Positions 29,804 to 39,156 of a stretch of DNA of 64,000 nucleotides are shown here, piece by piece. The notes below the pieces were generated by a model. That model had not been told where the DNA came from and did no database searches. It saw only the letters and a program-made list of their open reading frames with translations. Each line of letters starts with the position of its first letter. Position 1 is the stretch's first letter. The stretch is from Elusimicrobiota bacterium (lineage in GTDB: Bacteria > Elusimicrobiota > Elusimicrobia > UBA1565 > UBA9628), in NCBI GenBank assembly GCA_030696455.1, contig JAUYSH010000039.1, positions 379-64,378 of the forward strand, written 5' to 3'. A program made the position numbers and the translations under genes.

Positions 29804-31090
29804 CTATTTCACAGGATAGTATGTGCCGACGTTCATCTGTCCCTGGCTGACGCGATAGGCTCGATACTCTATAACATGACCATCCACTTTGACTCGCCCC
29901 CAATGTCCTCCCGTCGAAGGCCTCAATTTCAACAAGGGCTCGAGCGCGTCGCGTATGGCCTGTTCGACCTTGCTGCGCTCGACTTTAGTGCCTTCCAGAT
30001 GGCGGCCGGCGTGCTCGGTCTTGAAGGTCACTTTAGGATCGATTCGATCGGGCTCTGCCGCCGTCGGCTCTTGCCCCGATTGGGAGTCCCCGGACATCAG
30101 CAGCGGCGCCGCCGCCGCCGCGCCCACGACCGCTACCTTAGTCGCGGTGACGCCGCTCGCCGTGACCGCGACGGCGCTCGAAGGCCCGCCGGCTGTCGCT
30201 AGCATCAGCCCCCCGCCTCCTATCCCGGCAGCGGGCAGCACGAGCCACGCCGTCAGCGCGACCGCGCCGACGCCGAGAGCGATCAAGGTCTTAGGGTTCT
30301 CGTGAATGAATTCCTTTGCACCGTCGGCAAGCTTGTCTCCGGTCGACTTGATCTTCTCGGCGCCGTCGTCGACGGCCTGCGAGGCACGGTCTCGGGCATT
30401 CTTTAGGCCGACTCCAATCCCCACGAGCCCGGCGCCGAAGGCCATGGCGTACGGCAGCCAAGGAGAACGCGGCCTGTTGGGCTCGGTTTCGTTCGGCTTG
30501 AGCCCCGGGACCGGGAGGGAGACGCCGAGCTTGGCCGCGGGCCTGAGCGGCCGGGTATCGAGGGAAAAACTCGCGGCGTTCGCTGGTGCTAGACCGCCGC
30601 CGGAAGGCGGCGGGGACGTTCCCAACATCGAGGGAGCGACACGGCCCTTTGAGGAATGGAGGATGCTGAGAGCGTCGGCATTTTTGGGATTTAGCCTGAG
30701 CGCCTCTTCGGCCAGGACTACGGCGGCCTGATAATCGCCGGCTTCGAGGCGTCCGGCGGCGGCGGCGATCAACTCGCCCCGCGGGCTCCCGTTTTCGTTC
30801 ACGAAGCGCGTCTTGCCTTCGAGGAGGGCACAGGCGGAGTCAAGGTCGACTAGCGCCTCCGGCGAGAGCTCCGCGCGGTCGAGTTCGTCGAGCTTGGTCT
30901 TCGCGACGAACCGTTTTTCGGGGGCGATTCTTTCCACAAGGCCATCTAAACTTTCAGCATCCTTCGGCTCACCGCCGGCGGCCTCCGCGAGCACGCGACG
31001 GACAGGCGTGTCGCGCGCGGGTGCGCTGTCGACGGTCTGAGCCATGACTGTGGTCGCGGCGAGCAAGAGGACGGTCGCGCGAATTTTCAT
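29804..31090 (-). CDS. secreted/membrane-spanning protein with C-terminal toxin-like domain (polymorphic-toxin architecture)
   Basis: Signal peptide MKIRATVLLLAATTVMAQT, then a TPR-like segment, 2-3 Gly/Ala-rich TM segments and a linker. The last ~85 aa read TEHAGRHLEG..VEQAI.....GRVKVDGHVIEYRAYRVSQGQMNVGTYYPV, reminiscent of small RelE/DUF4258-like RNase toxin domains. Confidence 0.5.
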   Translation of the reverse strand: MKIRATVLLLAATTVMAQTVDSAPARDTPVRRVLAEAAGGEPKDAESLDGLVERIAPEKRFVAKTKLDELDRAELSPEALVDLDSACALLEGKTRFVNENGSPRGELIAAAAGRLEAGDYQAAVVLAEEALRLNPKNADALSILHSSKGRVAPSMLGTSPPPSGGGLAPANAASFSLDTRPLRPAAKLGVSLPVPGLKPNETEPNRPRSPWLPYAMAFGAGLVGIGVGLKNARDRASQAVDDGAEKIKSTGDKLADGAKEFIHENPKTLIALGVGAVALTAWLVLPAAGIGGGGLMLATAGGPSSAVAVTASGVTATKVAVVGAAAAAPLLMSGDSQSGQEPTAAEPDRIDPKVTFKTEHAGRHLEGTKVERSKVEQAIRDALEPLLKLRPSTGGHWGRVKVDGHVIEYRAYRVSQGQMNVGTYYPVK

Positions 31091-31178
31091 AACCTAAGGC
31101 TAGCGTAGCCCCGCAAACCTCGCCCGTCAAGCCCGATCCAATCTGCGTCAAGGTCCTCGATCACGATGATCCGACTAC

Positions 31179-32240
31179 CTAGAAGCTCCTGCTGGGGATA
31201 GCCGTTCCCGAGCGGGCGAGGAGCTCGCGCAGGGACAGGATCACCGGGAAGACCTCCTGGTTGCGGTCTTCGCCCTGCTCGTCCCACGCGAGCTGCTCGA
31301 GCTCGACGACGCGGCGGTCCTGGTCCAGTATGCCGTCGGTGAAGCGCGCGATCACCGGCCAGAAAAGGTCGAGCAGCCACGGAAGCGCCGGCCGGCGGAT
31401 CGACATCAGGCCGAAGGCCCGGTTCGTCCTCTGCTCGCGGTCCTGGGGGACGTAGGAGAGCCAAAGGTCGAGCGCCGGCGCCGCCTTTCCGGCGCGGCGG
31501 AAGGTCAAGGTCTGGTAGGGGTAGCTCGTGCGGATCGTCATCGTGTCGCGGTCCTGGGAGGACTCGTCGCGCTCGCCGATCATCAGCTTCTCGCCCCACG
31601 GCCGCTTGCCCCCCGTGCGCTTGAAGGTGTAGCGGGCCTCGACCCAGCCGTCGCCGCTGTCCCGTCCGAGAAGGGCGGTCCCGATGCCGCCCATCAAGGA
31701 GCGATGCAGGAACTGATGGTTCATGTCGAGCAGGTTCTCGTGCAAGAACGAGTAGTGGCAGCGGATGAGGCGGTCGAGCGCGCGCGTCTTGTAGGACGGG
31801 TCCGAGAAGGACGGCACCTCGGGGAATGCGGCGCCCGCGGCCTTCGCCGGATCTCCCGGGAACACGAAGACGAGGCCGTAGGCCTCGCGGCAGGGATAGG
31901 CGCGCACGCCGTTGGGCGCCGCGCCCGCCAGGTACGGCACGTCCACGCAGCGGCCCGTCGCGTCGTAGGTCCAGCCGTGATAGCCGCAGCGAAGGCGCTC
32001 GCCGCTGACGGCGCCCTTGCTGAGCGGGACCTGCCGGTGCGCGCAGCGGTCCTCGAGCGCGAACAGCGCGCCGCTCTCGGTGCGCACGAGCGCGATCGGC
32101 TCGCCCGCGAAGCGCGCCGGGACCGTCCCGGGCGCGGCGAGCTCGGCGGAGCGGGCGACGGGATGCCAAAAATCGGGATGAAGGCCGATTCGCCTGAGGT
32201 CCACGTCCTCAGTGTAGCAGGGGCCCCGCCGCCCCGCCAT
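31179..32240 (-). CDS. Rieske [2Fe-2S] non-haem-iron oxygenase (PAO/Tic55-like family)
   Basis: Rieske motif CAHRQVPL..N16..CGYHGWTY. Mononuclear-iron region ENLLDMNHQFLH. The start could also be the internal VDLRR GTG. Confidence 0.75.
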   Translation of the reverse strand: MAGRRGPCYTEDVDLRRIGLHPDFWHPVARSAELAAPGTVPARFAGEPIALVRTESGALFALEDRCAHRQVPLSKGAVSGERLRCGYHGWTYDATGRCVDVPYLAGAAPNGVRAYPCREAYGLVFVFPGDPAKAAGAAFPEVPSFSDPSYKTRALDRLIRCHYSFLHENLLDMNHQFLHRSLMGGIGTALLGRDSGDGWVEARYTFKRTGGKRPWGEKLMIGERDESSQDRDTMTIRTSYPYQTLTFRRAGKAAPALDLWLSYVPQDREQRTNRAFGLMSIRRPALPWLLDLFWPVIARFTDGILDQDRRVVELEQLAWDEQGEDRNQEVFPVILSLRELLARSGTAIPSRSF

Positions 32241-32295
32241 GACCGGGGCGGAACCAAAAGGTGAAGGAGAAGAGCGACGTCGAGGGTCTACCTGA

Positions 32296-33324
32296 TCATC
32301 CGAGAGCGCGCAGGGCGGCCGCGGCCTCGGGATGAGCCGCCGCGAGGCGCTTGGCGCCGCGCGCGAGGCGAGCGTGCCAGCCGCGCGCTCGCAGCGCGTC
32401 GTGCGCGAGGCGCAGGTCGCCGGGGCGCGCCTCGGCGAGCGCTTCCAGCAGCTGCGCGGCCTGCGCGAGATCCTTGCCCGCCTTCGACTCCTGCGAGGCC
32501 GGCCGCTCGGGGGCGATGAGGACCTTGTGCAGCGCGAAACGCGCCGGGGAGGGCACGCTCACCAGGAAGCCGCCCGCGTCGAGCACGGCCGCCTTTTCCG
32601 GGTTCTCGATCAGGTAGTCCATGAACGGCAAGGGCTGAGCGCTCGTCTTGAGCCGCGGCATCGCGACCGGCGCGCCGGCCTTGCCCGGCGTGAGGAAGTC
32701 CACGCGCAAGGACTCGCCGCGCACCTTGAACGAGGTCGACGCGTGCCGCGAATCGAGGCCCGGGACCGGCAGGAAGCCCATCTCCAGACGCTCGAGCGCG
32801 CCCTCGGCGTCGGCGGTCGCGCCGGAGGCGGCGAGCAGGGAGACGGCCGCGAGATCGAGGTCGTCGGTGCGCAGGGAGGCGCCGGTCAAGCGCATGCCGA
32901 GCAGGTTTCCGATGACGCCGAACGCGTGCGTGCCGACGAGGACGGCGCCGGCCTCGAAGACGCCGGCGTCGGCGAACGCCTTGAGCACGCGGGCGGCGCG
33001 TACGCCCATGGACCAGCCGCCCCCGGCGCGCGTCTGGGCGCAGAGGCGCTCGAGGCCGGCGCGCTCCTTCTCGAACTCAGGCTTCTCGTTCTTGAAGCGC
33101 GCGGCGAGCCGCTCGAGCGCCGGGCCGGCGCGGCCGAGGTAAAGCTGGCGGACCTTGCCCCCCGGCTCGGAGTACTGGAAGTAGGCGTAGGCCTCGCCCT
33201 TGACCGTCTTCGTCGTGAACGTGCCCGGCGCCTTCCCGACGCCGCGGCGCGCGGATTCGGCGAGGAGCCGTTCGAGCAGCTCCGCGTAGAGGGTCTGGGT
33301 CTCGGCGGGGAGAAGGGAGGCCAT
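32296..33324 (-). CDS. GSU2403-like nucleotidyltransferase-fold protein (AbiEii-related)
   Basis: N-terminus GTFTTKTVKGEAYAYFQYSEPGGKVRQLYLGRA, then ...LVGTHAFGVIGNLLG....SLRTDDLDLA, as I recall for GSU2403-family NTase-fold proteins. Start at MASLL (33324). Confidence 0.55.
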   Translation of the reverse strand: MASLLPAETQTLYAELLERLLAESARRGVGKAPGTFTTKTVKGEAYAYFQYSEPGGKVRQLYLGRAGPALERLAARFKNEKPEFEKERAGLERLCAQTRAGGGWSMGVRAARVLKAFADAGVFEAGAVLVGTHAFGVIGNLLGMRLTGASLRTDDLDLAAVSLLAASGATADAEGALERLEMGFLPVPGLDSRHASTSFKVRGESLRVDFLTPGKAGAPVAMPRLKTSAQPLPFMDYLIENPEKAAVLDAGGFLVSVPSPARFALHKVLIAPERPASQESKAGKDLAQAAQLLEALAEARPGDLRLAHDALRARGWHARLARGAKRLAAAHPEAAAALRALG

Positions 33325-33397
33325 AGTTATACGCAGGTTCAGTGTAACATGCGTATAACTTACCGTCAAGGCCGATCAGGGAGGCAGGTTTATATTG

Positions 33398-33715
33398 ACC
33401 CGGATTTTGCATTAGAGCCGGAACATGCCGAATACGACATAACAAAATACGGCAAGATAAGCCTAATTTCTAATGCAATGCATTAGAAACGGGGAAAATT
33501 GATTCCGACTCTGTCGTTGTGATCGCCCGGCCCAGGCGGGTTCACTGTCCCGGTAAAAACTGATTCTTCCGAGGAGGGTTTTGATCACAATTGTGATCAA
33601 AACCCTAGAGGGAAGAATCAAAACCAAAAAAGTCTTGATGCCGGGCCAGGCTTTAACCACAGAGACACCGAGACCCAGGATTCGGACAGGTCGTCGGCTA
33701 ACGCAAAATCCGGGT
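33398..33715. repeat. 318-bp AT-richer element bounded by 18-bp (17/18) inverted repeats ACCCGGATTTTGC(A/G)TTAG; MITE-like or structured intergenic module
   Basis: Left IR 33398-33415, right IR 33698-33715. Internal palindromes at 33467-33489 and 33561-33620. Confidence 0.4.
33554..33620 (-). terminator. putative intrinsic terminator after the pmbA operon
   Basis: Perfect 32-bp palindrome AGGGTTTTGATCACAATTGTGATCAAAACCCT (33575-33606), extended by 10-bp arms (33561-33570 / 33611-33620). On the minus strand it is followed by GUUUUUA (33560-33554). Confidence 0.5.
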
Positions 33716-33749
33716 TGAGATAAACGAACGCCGAAGGGGCCAGGAGCAC

Positions 33750-35099
33750 CTAAGCGACGTCGAGGGCGGAGACCCTGAAGGTCGGGGAGCCCAGGGAGCC
33801 TTGGAAGGTCAGATCGTTCGCCACGCCGTCGACGCGGGCCAGCAGGTCGAGGAGATTGCCGGAGAGCATGGCGCCTTTGACGGGGCGGGCGAGGCGGCCC
33901 TTCTCGATGGACAGGCCCGAGACGCCGACCGAGAAGGCGCCGGAGACCGGGTCGACCATGTGCATGCCCAGGACCTCGGCGACGAGCAGGCCGGACTTCG
34001 TGCCGGCGATGAGCGCCTCGCGCGTCAGCGGGCCGGGCGCCAGGTAGAGGTTCGACGCGCCGGGGCCGGGAAGGCCCGCGTAGGAGTCGCGATAGGCGCA
34101 GCCGTTGGAGGCCAAGCCGTCCCGGGCCGCGGAGAAGGCATCGTAGAAGAACTCGCTCAGGACGCCGGCCTTGATCATGGCCTTGTCGCGCGTGGGCAGG
34201 CCCTCGTCGTCGAAGCGGCTCGACCCGAGGCCGCCGGGCAGGCGGGGATCGTCGCGCAAGGTGACGAGCGGCGAGGCGATCCGTTGGCCGAGCTTGCCGG
34301 CCAGCAAGGAGCGCCCGCCCTGGACCTCGTCGGCCGAGAGAACCTCGGCCAGGAGCTCGAGGAACTCCCCGGCGACCCAGGGCTCGAAGAGGACCGGCTG
34401 GCGGCCGGCCTTGGCGCGGCGGGCGCCGAGCAAAGACGACGCGCGCCCCCCCGCCTCGCGGCCGACGGCGGCGAATCCCAGATCCGAGGCCCGTCTCGCC
34501 GCCCGGTAGCCTTCGCCGAGCTGAACCTCGGGCCCGTCCTCCGCGGCGACGACGAGCGCGACGCTGGCCGAGCCCCCGCGCTCCACGGCGAACAGGCCGC
34601 TCGTGCCGGCGATGACGACGGTCCCGCGGTTCTCGGCGTACTCGACGCGCATGACCTTGGCCACATGGGGCTGGGCCTGCGCCGCGGCCTCGGTTTCCCT
34701 CAGGCGCGCCTCGACGGCGTCCCAGGGCGAGGCGAAAAGGGCGTCGTCCCAGAGGGTCGCGCCCAGCGCGTCGTCGCCGGCGGGCGCCTGCGGGCCCGGC
34801 AACGCGCGGCGCGGATCGGGCTCGGCGTGGGGCAGCTGCTCGAGGGCGCGCTCGTAAAGCTCCTTGATCTCCGCGAGCCCGGCGCCGCCGGCGGCGGCGA
34901 AGCCGACGCGGCCGTCGCGCGCCACGCGCACGCCGGCGCCCGCGCTCTCCGAGGCCTCGACGCCATCGCGCTCGCCCTCGCGCCGGGAGAGTGAGCGCTC
35001 CTCGCCCTGGGAAAGGAAGACCTCGGCCTGAGTTTCGCGAGACCGGGACTTCATCCAGGCCGCGGCGTCGCGCGCCAGCGATTCGAGGTCGGAGCTCAC
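33750..35099 (-). CDS. pmbA: TldD/PmbA-family metalloprotease
   Basis: 449 aa. C-terminal region ...GPGASNLYL.PG......LI......GLLV.E..G.H..D..SG.FS.G..G..IE.G is typical of PmbA/TldD. Confidence 0.8.
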   Translation of the reverse strand: MSSDLESLARDAAAWMKSRSRETQAEVFLSQGEERSLSRREGERDGVEASESAGAGVRVARDGRVGFAAAGGAGLAEIKELYERALEQLPHAEPDPRRALPGPQAPAGDDALGATLWDDALFASPWDAVEARLRETEAAAQAQPHVAKVMRVEYAENRGTVVIAGTSGLFAVERGGSASVALVVAAEDGPEVQLGEGYRAARRASDLGFAAVGREAGGRASSLLGARRAKAGRQPVLFEPWVAGEFLELLAEVLSADEVQGGRSLLAGKLGQRIASPLVTLRDDPRLPGGLGSSRFDDEGLPTRDKAMIKAGVLSEFFYDAFSAARDGLASNGCAYRDSYAGLPGPGASNLYLAPGPLTREALIAGTKSGLLVAEVLGMHMVDPVSGAFSVGVSGLSIEKGRLARPVKGAMLSGNLLDLLARVDGVANDLTFQGSLGSPTFRVSALDVA

Positions 35100-35100
35100 C

Positions 35101-35319
35101 TCAGCGTCCCAGCGCGGACCAGCCGGTATAGAGGAACAGGAAGGAAACCAGGAGGAAGAACACGCCCCACTTCTTGCGCTCGAGGGCGATGTAGGCGTCG
35201 TTGAGCAGGTAGTCGCGCAGCACGGCGTTCATGCGCTCGATGAGATCCGGCCGGTACAGGTAGCCGAGGCCGAGGATGAGGCTGACCAGGCCGACGACGA
35301 TCTTGAGGAGGGGGCTCAT
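35101..35319 (-). CDS. small membrane protein (2 TM), unknown function
   Basis: 72 aa with two hydrophobic helices. Overlaps the pth stop by 4 nt. Confidence 0.5.
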   Translation of the reverse strand: MSPLLKIVVGLVSLILGLGYLYRPDLIERMNAVLRDYLLNDAYIALERKKWGVFFLLVSFLFLYTGWSALGR

Positions 35320-35882
35320 GCGGTGGGATTATAGCGATTCATCGCGACGTCGATGCCGTTCTCGCGGACGGTTCCGACGGCCTCGGCCGCGGAAGCGAGA
35401 ACGGCGTCCAGCTCGTTCTCTTCGCTTTTATTGAAGCGGCCGAGCACGAAAGACGAGGCGTCCATCTTCTCCGGCTGAGGGCCTATCCCGATGCGAAGCC
35501 TCGCCACGTTCTCCGTTCCGAAGTGTTGAATGATCGACTTCATCCCTTTTTGGCCGCCCGCCGAGCCGTTCTTGCGCAGACGGATCTTTCCCAGGGGCAG
35601 CGCCATCTCATCATAGACGATCAATATATCCTCGAGCGCGATGTTGTGATACGCCGCGAACTTCTGCACGAACTCGCCCGACAGGTTCATATAGGTCATC
35701 GGCTTGGCGATCCAGAGGCCTCCGGCCTCTGATTTTGCCGCTATACCGAGGCCCTTGAAATCCTTCCAAGAAAAATCCGCCTCGCCGACCAATCGGTCGG
35801 CGAGGCGGAACCCCACGTTGTGGCGCGTATCCTCGTATTCCGGTCCCGGGTTGCCGAGTCCGACGACGAGCTTAAGCGCCAC
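35316..35882 (-). CDS. pth: peptidyl-tRNA hydrolase
   Basis: LVVGLGNPGPEYEDTRHNVGF signature. Confidence 0.92.
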   Translation of the reverse strand: MALKLVVGLGNPGPEYEDTRHNVGFRLADRLVGEADFSWKDFKGLGIAAKSEAGGLWIAKPMTYMNLSGEFVQKFAAYHNIALEDILIVYDEMALPLGKIRLRKNGSAGGQKGMKSIIQHFGTENVARLRIGIGPQPEKMDASSFVLGRFNKSEENELDAVLASAAEAVGTVRENGIDVAMNRYNPTA

Positions 35883-35894
35883 TGAAGGAAAGGT

Positions 35895-36623
35895 CTACTT
35901 GCCTTCCTTCTTCGGAGCCTTCTTGGCGTCGGCCGCGGCGGCGGGAGCGGCCGCCTTCTCGATGACCTTGCCTTCCTCGTCCTTCTTGCCCTTCGTGGAG
36001 GCGGATTCGGGCTCGGCCGGAACGGCGCCTTCGACGACGGCTCCGGGCACGGGCTCGGCCACGACCTCGACCTTCGCGAGGACGATGCGGATGATGGTGG
36101 CCTCAGCGTTGTCGAGGACCTCGATGCCCTCGGCCAGCGAGAGATCCTTGACCGAGATGCCCTGATGCAGCTCGAGCTTGGACACGTCGATGTCGATGTG
36201 CTGAGGGATGGCCGTGGGCAGCGCCTTGATGCGCAGCTCGCGCATGTCGATGGACATCATGCCGCCGGAGGTCTTGACGCCGGGCGCCTCGCCGACGATG
36301 TTCAGCGGGACCTTCGCCTCGATCTTCTTCGTCAGCGAGATGCGCTGGAAGTCCGCGTGCACGGGCCGGTCGGTGACCGGGTGGCGCTGCAATTCCTTGA
36401 CGACGACGGTCTCCTCGCCCTTGGCGTGCTTCAGGCGCAGGATGGCGTTGGCGCCGCCCTTGCGGCGGGCGGCCATGAATTCCTTCTCGGACAGCGCGAC
36501 GCTGATCGGAGCCTTCTCGCCTCCGTACACGACGGCCGGAATGCGGGATTCGGCGCGCAAAGTCGAGAGCACCTTCTTGGTGCCCTTCTCGGCGCGGACT
36601 TCTACGTTCAGCGTGATTTCCAT
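35895..36623 (-). CDS. rplY: 50S ribosomal protein L25 / general stress protein Ctc
   Basis: N-terminal L25 domain (R...GK...R.LR..G.IPAVVYG) plus a long Ctc-type C-terminal extension with a Lys/Ala-rich tail. Confidence 0.88.
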   Translation of the reverse strand: MEITLNVEVRAEKGTKKVLSTLRAESRIPAVVYGGEKAPISVALSEKEFMAARRKGGANAILRLKHAKGEETVVVKELQRHPVTDRPVHADFQRISLTKKIEAKVPLNIVGEAPGVKTSGGMMSIDMRELRIKALPTAIPQHIDIDVSKLELHQGISVKDLSLAEGIEVLDNAEATIIRIVLAKVEVVAEPVPGAVVEGAVPAEPESASTKGKKDEEGKVIEKAAAPAAAADAKKAPKKEGK

Positions 36624-36644
36624 ACTCTATTACTCTCCTGTGTC

Positions 36645-37667
36645 TTAAACGAACAAAGCGCTGATGGACTTGCCTTGATGGTTCCGCGCGATCGCCTCGC
36701 CCATGAGGGGCGCGATCGACAGGACCGTCAGCTTCCCCCCGGCCAGCGCATGGACCGGGATCGAATCGGTGAGGATCATCTCCTCTAAAGACGACTTGGC
36801 GATCAAGTCGTGGGCGGCGCCGCTCAGCACGCCGTGGACGCAGGCGGCGTAGACCTTCAGCGCGCCGTTCTCGCGGATCTTGTCGGCGACCTTGCACAAG
36901 GTGCCGCCGGTGTCCACCATGTCGTCCAGGATGAAGCAGTTCTTGCCCTTCACGTCGCCGATGATATTGTAGACCGAGGCCTCGTTGGGGCGCGGGCGGC
37001 GTTTATCGATGATGCACAGTCCCGCATTCAGCCGCTTGGCGAACGCGCGGGCGCGCTCGACGCCGCCGACGTCGGGCGAGACCACGACGAGGTTCTTGAG
37101 CGCCTTCTTCTTGACGTAGTCGATGATGATCGGCGCGGCGTAGAGGTGGTCGACGGGGATGTCGAAGAAGCCCTGTATCTGCGCGGCGTGCAGGTCCATC
37201 GTGATGACGCGGTTGGCGCCGGCCTCGACGATGAGGTTGGCCACGAGCTTCGAGGTGATCGGCATGCGTGGCGCCGTCTTGCGGTCGGCGCGGGCGTAGC
37301 CGTAGTAGGGCATGACGGCCGTGATGCGCCCCGCCGACGCGCGCCGGAGCGCGTCGATCATGATCAGGAGCTCCATCAGGTTCTCGTTGGTCGGGCGGCA
37401 GGTCGGCTGGATGACGTAGCAGTCGGCGCCGCGGACGTTCTCCTCGATCTGGAGGTTGATCTCGCCGTCGGCGAAGCGGCCGACGTGGGTTTTGCCGAGC
37501 GGCACGCCCAAGTATTTGGCGATATCATCGGCCAGGGGCCGGTTCGCGTTGCCGGAGAAGATCTTGATGCCGCGCAGGGACTTCAGGCCCTCCATCGGGA
37601 GGGGCTTCTCGACGAACTTATGCGACGCCATGCGCGCCTCCGCCTTCTCCGGGGATTTGATCGCCAT
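36645..37667 (-). CDS. prs: ribose-phosphate pyrophosphokinase
   Basis: [35 protein letters not shown]. The start could be the internal MASHKF. Confidence 0.9.
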   Translation of the reverse strand: MAIKSPEKAEARMASHKFVEKPLPMEGLKSLRGIKIFSGNANRPLADDIAKYLGVPLGKTHVGRFADGEINLQIEENVRGADCYVIQPTCRPTNENLMELLIMIDALRRASAGRITAVMPYYGYARADRKTAPRMPITSKLVANLIVEAGANRVITMDLHAAQIQGFFDIPVDHLYAAPIIIDYVKKKALKNLVVVSPDVGGVERARAFAKRLNAGLCIIDKRRPRPNEASVYNIIGDVKGKNCFILDDMVDTGGTLCKVADKIRENGALKVYAACVHGVLSGAAHDLIAKSSLEEMILTDSIPVHALAGGKLTVLSIAPLMGEAIARNHQGKSISALFV

Positions 37668-37668
37668 A

Positions 37669-39057
37669 TCAGGTCTTGTTCACCTGGCGCGCGCGGGCGA
37701 TGGCCAGCGCGTCGTCGGGGACGTCCTCGGTCACGGTCGAGCCGGCGGCCACCTTGGCGCCGCGGCCGATCTTGACGGGGGCGATCAGGTTCACGTTGGA
37801 GCCGATGAAAGCCTTCGCGCCGATCGTCGTCTTGTGCTTCTCCTTGCCGTCGTAGTTGCAGGTGATCGTGCCGGCGCCGATGTTGACGTCCTCGGCGATG
37901 TCGGCGTCGCCGATATAGGAGAGGTGGTTCACCTTCGAGCCGAAGCCGATCTTGGAGGCCTTGACCTCGGTGAAGTTGCCCACGCGCGCGCGCGGGCCGA
38001 TGATCGACTCGGGACGGATGTGGGCGAACGGCCCCACCGACGTCTTCTCGAGCAGGCGGGCCTGGATGACGTACGAGAAGCGGACCTCGCACTCGTTGCC
38101 GATCTGGGTGTCCTCGATGTGGGTGAAGGGCCCGATGCGGCACATGCGGCCGATCTTGGTGTGGCCGCGCAGGATGGTGCCGGGGTAGATCACGGTGTCC
38201 TGGCCGATCTCGACGTCGGCGTCGACGTGGGTGGACTGCGGGTCGCGGATGGTGACGCCGGAGATCATCAGCCTCTCCAACATGCGCTTATTCAATACGC
38301 GCTCGGCGGCGGAGAGCTGGGCGCGGTTGTTGATGCCCTGGATCTCCTCGGAATTGGAGGACGTGTACGCGTGGATCCGGCCGCCCTTGCCGCGGATGGC
38401 CTCCATCACGTCGGTCAGGAAGTGCTCCTTCTTGGGGCCCTTCGCGCCGATCTCCTTGAGGCCCTGGACGAGGGCGTCGACCTCGAAGCAGTACGCGCCC
38501 GAGTTGACCTCGGTGAGCGCGAGTTCCTTGGGGGAGGCCACGCTTTCCTCGACGATGCGCTGCACCTCGCCGAGCGCGCCGCGCACGATGCGGCCGTAGC
38601 CCTTCGGGTTGGCGAGGCGCGCGGTGAGCAAGGTGGCCTGGCCCTTGAGCTGCTCGTGGGTCAGGAAGAGGTTGTAGATCGACTCGTAGGTCAAGAGCGG
38701 GGTGTCCCCGCACATGACCATCGCGGTCTTGAACTTCTTGAGGAAGGGCAGCGCCTCGAGGACGGCGTTGCCCGAGCCGAGCGGCTTCTTCTGGAGGATG
38801 GCCTGCAGCGGGCGACCGATCCCCACCGACTTGAGCATGTCCGTGGCGGCGGCCTTGACCTGCCCCGCCTCGTGGCCGACGACGATGCCGATCGAGCCCG
38901 GCTTGAGGGCGTTGGCGATGCGCAGGACGTAGAACAGCATGGGGCGTCCGCCGACATGGTGCAGAACCTTCGGGATGGTGGATTCCATCCGGGTGCCCTG
39001 GCCGGCGGCGAGGATCAGCACGCACAGCTGGCCTTGTCCCTTTTTCGTCGCGCTCAT
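37669..39057 (-). CDS. glmU: bifunctional UDP-N-acetylglucosamine pyrophosphorylase / GlcN-1-P N-acetyltransferase
   Basis: [11 protein letters not shown] nucleotidyltransferase motif. C-terminal left-handed beta-helix hexapeptide repeats. Confidence 0.9.
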   Translation of the reverse strand: MSATKKGQGQLCVLILAAGQGTRMESTIPKVLHHVGGRPMLFYVLRIANALKPGSIGIVVGHEAGQVKAAATDMLKSVGIGRPLQAILQKKPLGSGNAVLEALPFLKKFKTAMVMCGDTPLLTYESIYNLFLTHEQLKGQATLLTARLANPKGYGRIVRGALGEVQRIVEESVASPKELALTEVNSGAYCFEVDALVQGLKEIGAKGPKKEHFLTDVMEAIRGKGGRIHAYTSSNSEEIQGINNRAQLSAAERVLNKRMLERLMISGVTIRDPQSTHVDADVEIGQDTVIYPGTILRGHTKIGRMCRIGPFTHIEDTQIGNECEVRFSYVIQARLLEKTSVGPFAHIRPESIIGPRARVGNFTEVKASKIGFGSKVNHLSYIGDADIAEDVNIGAGTITCNYDGKEKHKTTIGAKAFIGSNVNLIAPVKIGRGAKVAAGSTVTEDVPDDALAIARARQVNKT

Positions 39058-39080
39058 TTCATTTTCCTCAAAATCGATAA

Positions 39081-39151
39081 TTCCCGGGCGTGGACTCGAA
39101 CCACGAATAACGGCTTCAAAGGCCGCTGTGTTACCATTACACCACCCGGGA
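39081..39151 (-). tRNA. tRNA-Gln (anticodon UUG)
   Basis: Manual cloverleaf: acceptor TCCCGGG/CCCGGGA, D arm GTGT-AATGGTA-ACAC, anticodon arm GCGGC-CTTTGAA-GCCGT, variable loop TATT, T arm CGTGG-TTCGAGT-CCACG, discriminator A. CCA is not encoded. Confidence 0.9.
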
Positions 39152-39156
39152 GTCTA

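Noticed and set aside
33463-33660. 65-aa minus-strand ORF in the pmbA/NTase intergenic region, as a possible antitoxin for the NTase-fold protein. Also a 45-aa plus-strand ORF at 33349-33486.
   Set aside because: Both ORFs run straight through perfect palindromes and the inverted-repeat element. They have no RBS and hydrophobic or junk-like composition. They are more likely non-coding.
36103-36897. 264-aa minus-strand ORF overlapping the L25 and prs genes, and similar Arg-rich ORFs (for example 38288-39025, 24611-25771).
   Set aside because: These are alternative frames of well-supported genes. Their extreme Arg/Gly/Pro content is characteristic of off-frame translation in high-GC DNA.
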